Origin: Paraspadella gotoi
Lineage: Eukaryota; Animalia; Chaetognatha
Reading direction: 5' to 3'
NCBI GenBank assembly: GCA_051294375.1
Contig: CM119266.1
Coordinates: forward strand, 23,853,332 to 23,866,766
Length of the DNA: 13,435 nucleotides
The notes beneath the pieces are model-generated. The model saw only the letters and a program-made list of their open reading frames with translations. It did no database searches and was not told where the DNA came from. The position numbers and the translations under genes were made by a program. Shown here one piece after another: positions 8,058 through 13,435 of this stretch (the stretch's first letter is position 1; every line of letters begins with the position of its first letter).

Positions 8058-9125
8058 TGTCAGTATTTATTTCAGTTTTTCTCGTTTTTCTCGTTTTTCT
8101 CTGACTCTTTATTTCTTTATTTTTTTTATTTTCTTTCTAATTTTTACCTCTTTTTTCTTTCCTTCTTTCTTTCTCCACTATTTTTCATCAGTCTCTTCTC
8201 ACCTCCCGTCCTCGATTCACCATTTTCAAATTCCACATAACTCTCCCTACCTCATCCCAAACCATTCCTCCCTCTCTCATCTCCTTCAACCTCTATCTCC
8301 TCTTTCCTTCCCCTTCACCTTCCCCTTACCCCTTACCCCTACCTCTCCTTACCACCCCCCTCCCCCCACCGCCGACTTTTCCCCAGATTTTTTTAAGATT
8401 CACCTCGGTTCCGTTTGGCTTCGAGCCTCCGCGGTCCTTTGGACGCCTAAAGCCTTCGGTTAACCTTCTAATGGATTTCAGTCTTTTTCATACGTGAACG
8501 GAATCGAAGGGGAAGGAAGACGGAAAAGTGGGGGGGCGGCATGGAGGGGGACGGGTGAGGCATGTCGAGTCGGTGAGGTGGTACGAGGGTGAGGGTAAGT
8601 TGGGGGGCAATTTAATGTTCCATTGATAATCGATATTAAGAAAATCTTGAAATAAACCGACAAGAAAATTGTGACTAAGAATATTTCTTGAATTGTTGTT
8701 CAATTTGTCATGTTTATACGAAATTGGCCATAGACGAAAGTTTGAAGTTAAGGTATACATTAGCAACGGCCATAGATCATACCAAGAGACGACGACGAAG
8801 AAGACGACAACGACGACGTCGACGTCTCTAAGAAACTGGGGTTTTCCGTTCCGAGGGTAAAAAGTTTAATCGTTAAAAGCGAAACACGTCTTCAGCCTAA
8901 ACCTTTCGTGACTGAATTCTTCTATACTATTTTAAGCATGAACAAATCAAAAGTTAAAACTGAATATTTTAATTCTAGGTCCAAATCTAATTGATTTTTT
9001 TCCTCTCACTGATGTTTTTGAACCCAGATTAAAAAAAGAAAGGAAGTGAAGATCGAACGTGTTAGGGGGTGAAAGAAATATGGGGCAGAAGCAAGAAATG
9101 AAAAGCGCGCATGATGACGTCGCAA

Positions 9126-9186
9126 ACGACGATAACGACGATGACGATAACGACGACATCGATAACGACGACGACGACGACGACGA
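9126..9186. repeat. (GAC/GAT/AAC)n trinucleotide repeat
   Basis: Interrupted GAC repeat. Confidence 0.9.
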
Positions 9187-9705
9187 GACGATCGGCCATA
9201 TTTTCTCGTCGGCCTCGAGACCCGCGGGATGCTTATCTCCGCTTTTCATCCGCGCCGGATAAAATCGACAAATGCTTTTTTTGAATGAAAAGAGAAGCGA
9301 GCGCCCCATCGAGCGTAGTGGGGGTAGGTTAAGGGTGGAGGGGTGGGGAGAAGTGGATTAGAAAAGCGATAGGGAATTGAAGGAAAATAAAAAGAGGGGA
9401 GATCGAGAGAGACATAGAGGAGAGAGAGGGAGACGGCGGAAAAAACGACCCTTCTCGACGGAACTGAAGAGAAAAAAAATGGAGACGAAAGTGTGCGTCT
9501 CGACGTCCTTATGGTGTCGTCGTCTTGTCGTCGATGTGTCACAGCGCCCTCTATCCAAAACTCTATCTCTCGTCCGTATTACGACGCGTTACGTTTAATC
9601 CTTACGACGATTTCCAGTTTTTTTTTATGGATTCGTGATGAGGGAAGGGAAGGATGAGTGATCGTTACTAATTATGGCTGGAGAAGAGGAAGAAATGAGA
9701 TGAGA

Positions 9706-9708
<3 letters not shown>

Positions 9709-9793
<85 letters not shown>

Positions 9794-9817
9794 AGAGAGA
9801 GAGAGAGAGAAGAGAGA
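9709..9817. repeat. (GA)n microsatellite
   Basis: About 110-bp GA run with few interruptions. Confidence 0.95.
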
Positions 9818-9978
9818 TAACGATCTTTTTTCTCGAGGACGTAATGACTGGGAGGTAATAAAGAAGGAATCATAAAAGCTTGGCCACAATCTGGTTTCGA
9901 TCGATTTCGTTCTAATCGAACAGTCGTTCGTTGGACTGGGGATGAAGATGATGATACGGATCATCTCTAAATGTGGAT

Positions 9979-10012
<34 letters not shown>

Positions 10013-10017
10013 AAGAG

Positions 10018-10056
<39 letters not shown>
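9979..10056. repeat. (GA)n microsatellite
   Basis: Interrupted GA run. Confidence 0.95.
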
Positions 10057-10058
<2 letters not shown>

Positions 10059-11603
10059 AGTCTCATATGAGAATGTTTTTAAAAATAATTGCTTATTATG
10101 ACCAGAGCAAATTGTGTTTAGATAAGTTTTGCTTTTACAGATTATCAAGAAGGCTAAAAGGACAATAAACATTTCATTATTTTAAAATCATTAAACCTGA
10201 CAATGGAATGATAAAATAACTAATTAAGCACCGGACTTTGTCATTCATGTCCTTCATTAATCGAACTCGAATGATGGACGGCGAAGCGTCGGATCGTTTT
10301 GTCCAAGGCGAGAGAGATAGAGAGAAACGGATACAAAAAAGAGACAGAGACACCGAACGCACGAATCGTCGAGTCCATTGTTCGCCAAATTATTCGGACG
10401 ATCGTTCGGTAATAATTAGAGGAGGAAGAAGAAAAGATCTTCGTTATGGAATGACGTCGTTGTCGACGCCGTCGTCGTCGTTGTCGTTTTCGATATTAAT
10501 TTTTATTAAAACAAGCTTCTATTACGAAAGTTTCTCAGCAAAAACCCTTCATGAAAAATAATGAGTAGAATTAAATAAACAATAAATGTGTAGAACTTGC
10601 TGACCCAAAGGCCTTCATATGGAATATGTATCACTCCACAAAATCATTTCACGATTACAAAATCATTACTTTAGGGCAGTGATGTTCTATCGAGGAATTC
10701 AGAGGCAAAAAAACCACATTTTTAGCAAATATTGCTAGAATATTACCTACAAAAATTAATTCAAAATTTGAACTCCGAAGACAAGTGGTCTTAGTACCTA
10801 CGGATTAATTGGAAATATCTGCAGCATTTTACTAATCAAGAATCAAATATCATTATTTGCTACCTGTTAATAAAAAAAAATTAATGTCCATTTTTGTCGC
10901 ATTTTGACCGCGCGCCCCCCCCCGCCCAGCCCGCCCACGTTTTGTCTTGAGATTTGAATGACAAGATGGGTTGTTGAGGGGGAAAATTTTTTATTTCGCG
11001 TTTTCAATCGCTTTTATCTTCGCTTACCCTCTGAGTCAGTGATATTCAATGTGGAAAAATATTTGGTTTGCCTTGAATTAATTTAAAATTGACCTAGTCA
11101 AAAACTACATTTTTAGTTTTTAGTTACAATTTGTTAACCAAAAATAGTTAAGATTTCTTAGCAATTCTAGCAAATATTCCTATTCCAAACTGAGCTTCCA
11201 CGCCTAAAAAAATTATGGCAAAAAATATTCCAATACTTTTGGGGCTGGTACAAAGAGAAGATTTTTAAGCCGAGCTTTTATAAATTTGTGAGGTTTTGGT
11301 GAGGTGGCGGGATTTTTTTTAAACTAAAAACTCGTTTATTTAAGCTAATTTATAGTTTCATCAGATGAGAAACCAACATAAATGTTTCAAGGTTTTTAAA
11401 AAAACGCGCATTCTTTTAATGTCCATAGGGAGCCTAAGGACTATTTTTTTCTCCCATCGACAGCGTTTGTTGCGAAAAATTTCCGGCAAAATCTGTCGAT
11501 TTTTAAAATCTGGGCTAGGGGCGAACCAAACTTCCGCTAAAATCTTGGCCAAACTAGCCCACTTTTTTTTCTTAACAATACCATTTGAAAGTTTGAAAAA
11601 TTA

Positions 11604-11967
11604 ATGAGAAGGAGAAAAAAGATTAAGAGAAGCAAAAGTAATGGGTGAAAAAAAAATGGGAAGGCCGAGAGGGAGAACAAGTGGAAAAAAAATATATATG
11701 AGGAAGAAAGAGGAGAAGCGAGAATGATTAAGAGAAAAAAAAACAAGAACAGAAGGAAGAAAGAGACATCAGAAGAGGGAGAGAAAAGCAAGAGATAGAG
11801 CTGGGAAGGGAAATAAAGGTAAAAGGAAGAAAAGGAATGGATGACACAGGATAATTTGGGGGAGGTAAGAGAAAGGGAGGAAGGACAGAGAGAAAGAAGG
11901 AGAGGGACAGAGAGAAAGTTCAGAGAAAAGTAGAATAAGGAAAGAAGTAGAAAAAACAAGGAAAAAA
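11604..11967. repeat. Purine-rich (A/G) low-complexity tract
   Basis: About 360 bp dominated by A and G with no fixed period. Confidence 0.85.
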
Positions 11968-12483
11968 GTTATACCTATAGCATGCCCGTTTTTTTGGCGC
12001 GTAGCAGTACTGTTATCCTAAAATACGTGTATATAATCTTAGCGCAATTTAAATCCTCTAAAGGTTGCTTACCAATGAAAAAATCTGTTTTAATGTCTTC
12101 TTAATTAGGATGATACGCGTATTTGGAATGCCACATCGTCGTAAAAGAAAATCATGTCTTACGGTATTTTGAAAGCATAGAATTCACCCAGTGACTGTCT
12201 ATAGTTATAAAGAGAGAATTAACTATAGCCCGTTTTTTTAGATAAGGGTGTTTCATATTTATCATGGAAAAGAATAATAGTTAGTAAGGTTCCAAAATTC
12301 CATGCGTTGAAAAATACCCAAATAGAAATCACTGCCTTTAATATTTTTATGGATTTCCGCCCCTCCCCTTTTTGGAGTCTGGGAAATCGAGGACGAAGGG
12401 ATAATCTGCCTCACGGACCGCGTGTCAATAAATCCCTGAACCCCGCATGCCGTAAGCATACTCTCCTTCTAGTGCTAGGGCAT

Positions 12484-12606
12484 GAGAGCGAGAGAGGAGA
12501 GGAGGAGAGAGAGGAGAAGAGAGAGAGAGAGAGAGAGGAGAAGAAGAGAGAGGGTAGAGAGAGAGAGAGAGAGAGAGGAGAGAGAAAGCAGAGAGAGAGA
12601 AGAGAG
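12484..12606. repeat. (GA)n interrupted microsatellite
   Basis: GA/GGA/GAA run. Confidence 0.95.
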
Positions 12607-12710
12607 TGATGCTCTTAATCCGATTTAACGTCTTCCAGTTCTCCTCCCCCTCCGAACCTCGAAACGCCTCAGGTTTGCGTAAATGTCGACCGCATTTTCA
12701 TTTTTCTCGA

Positions 12711-12775
12711 TCTTCGTCTTCTTCGTCGTCGTCAGCGTCTTCTTCGTCGTCTTCGTCGTTGTCATCGTCGTCGTC
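12711..12775. repeat. (TCG/TCT)n trinucleotide repeat
   Basis: Interrupted TCG repeat, the reverse-strand equivalent of the GAC repeats elsewhere in the window. Confidence 0.88.
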
Positions 12776-13134
12776 AACATCACTGTCGTATTCGGGATCG
12801 ACTTTGTCAACCTCCGTCTCTGACAGTAACGTCAAAAATGTCGAGGACGAAATTTTGGTTTATTCTAATCCGTAATTTTAATAGATTTAATAAAATTTAC
12901 TTATTGTGCTTTTTTTTACATTAGTCAACCTAGGGTCATAAACTAGATTAAAATCGGTTTCATAAAATATTCACTTGTTGTTTTTTAAATATAGGAAATA
13001 CTTTTAACCTCGACCCATTAATTCTTTAACGTAATTTTTTTAAGACGTTACTCGATCAAAAACGGTTTGTTTGCTTATGAAGAATCAAACGCCCCCCTCC
13101 ACCTCCCAACTACAGTCAAAAGAGAGAAAAAAGA

Positions 13135-13435
13135 AAAGCGATTGGCTCAGATCAATTAACCAATTAGATGCCGAGCAAATTTAGTCTCTCTCTCTCTTTC
13201 TCTTCGCTCTCACAACCTCCACACTTGTCCCTCGGACCAGACGCAGAGCGAGAGATAGCGAGGGAGGCGGCATTTCCAGACATTAAAGGATCGGGCTGAG
13301 CGTAGCCGCGGCCGCGGGCCCGGCCAGCCGTCCAGACAGTCGAGGTCGAGGGTACACGACCGCTAATAACCGGATTGGCGGTAATAAACATAATCTTTAT
13401 CTTCATCACTGACCGTTTGACGTGAAGCCAGAAGG
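13135..13435. promoter_or_regulatory. Putative promoter/enhancer-like CpG-rich segment
   Basis: CCAAT/ATTGG boxes near 13141, 13160 and 13374; a CT tract; three CCAGAC hexamers; a GC-rich core at 13305-13332; TGACGT at 13418. Motif evidence only. Confidence 0.3.

Noticed and set aside
7833-8463. 135-aa and 208-aa Phe/Ser/Leu-rich ORFs that look like membrane proteins
   Set aside because: They are translations of the (TTTC)n and C/T tract, which cannot contain stop codons.
9059-9262. Asp-rich ORF (and the Ser-rich ORF at 12606-12875)
   Set aside because: These are trinucleotide-repeat translations. The same GAC/TCG repeats occur throughout the non-coding islands on both strands.
9948-9954. 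ATGATGA as a box C snoRNA motif
   Set aside because: No box D (CTGA) or terminal stem lies at a suitable distance; the sequence runs into a GA microsatellite.

Overview
This is eukaryotic, almost entirely non-coding DNA, probably from an invertebrate (inference from tRNA type and composition; the taxon cannot be assigned). The only securely identified gene is an intron-less nuclear-type tRNA-Pro(CGG) at 5991-6062 (+), with Pol III A/B boxes and an oligo-T terminator. The rest is a mosaic of AT-rich blocks, (GA/CT)n, (TTTC)n, (TA)n and (GAC/TCG)n microsatellites, short CpG-rich unique islands that look cis-regulatory, and three N gaps. None of the supplied ORFs is a credible protein: they are read-throughs of gaps, repeats or low-complexity DNA. 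The best unexplained signals are: a perfect 15-bp inverted repeat bracketing a 2.25-kb AT-rich block (candidate non-autonomous DNA transposon) with a degenerate 190-bp foldback inside it; two phased short-motif arrays; a run of three hairpins; and a 12-bp direct-repeat-flanked segment. I do not see evidence for a novel protein-coding system, and all findings are modest-confidence leads.
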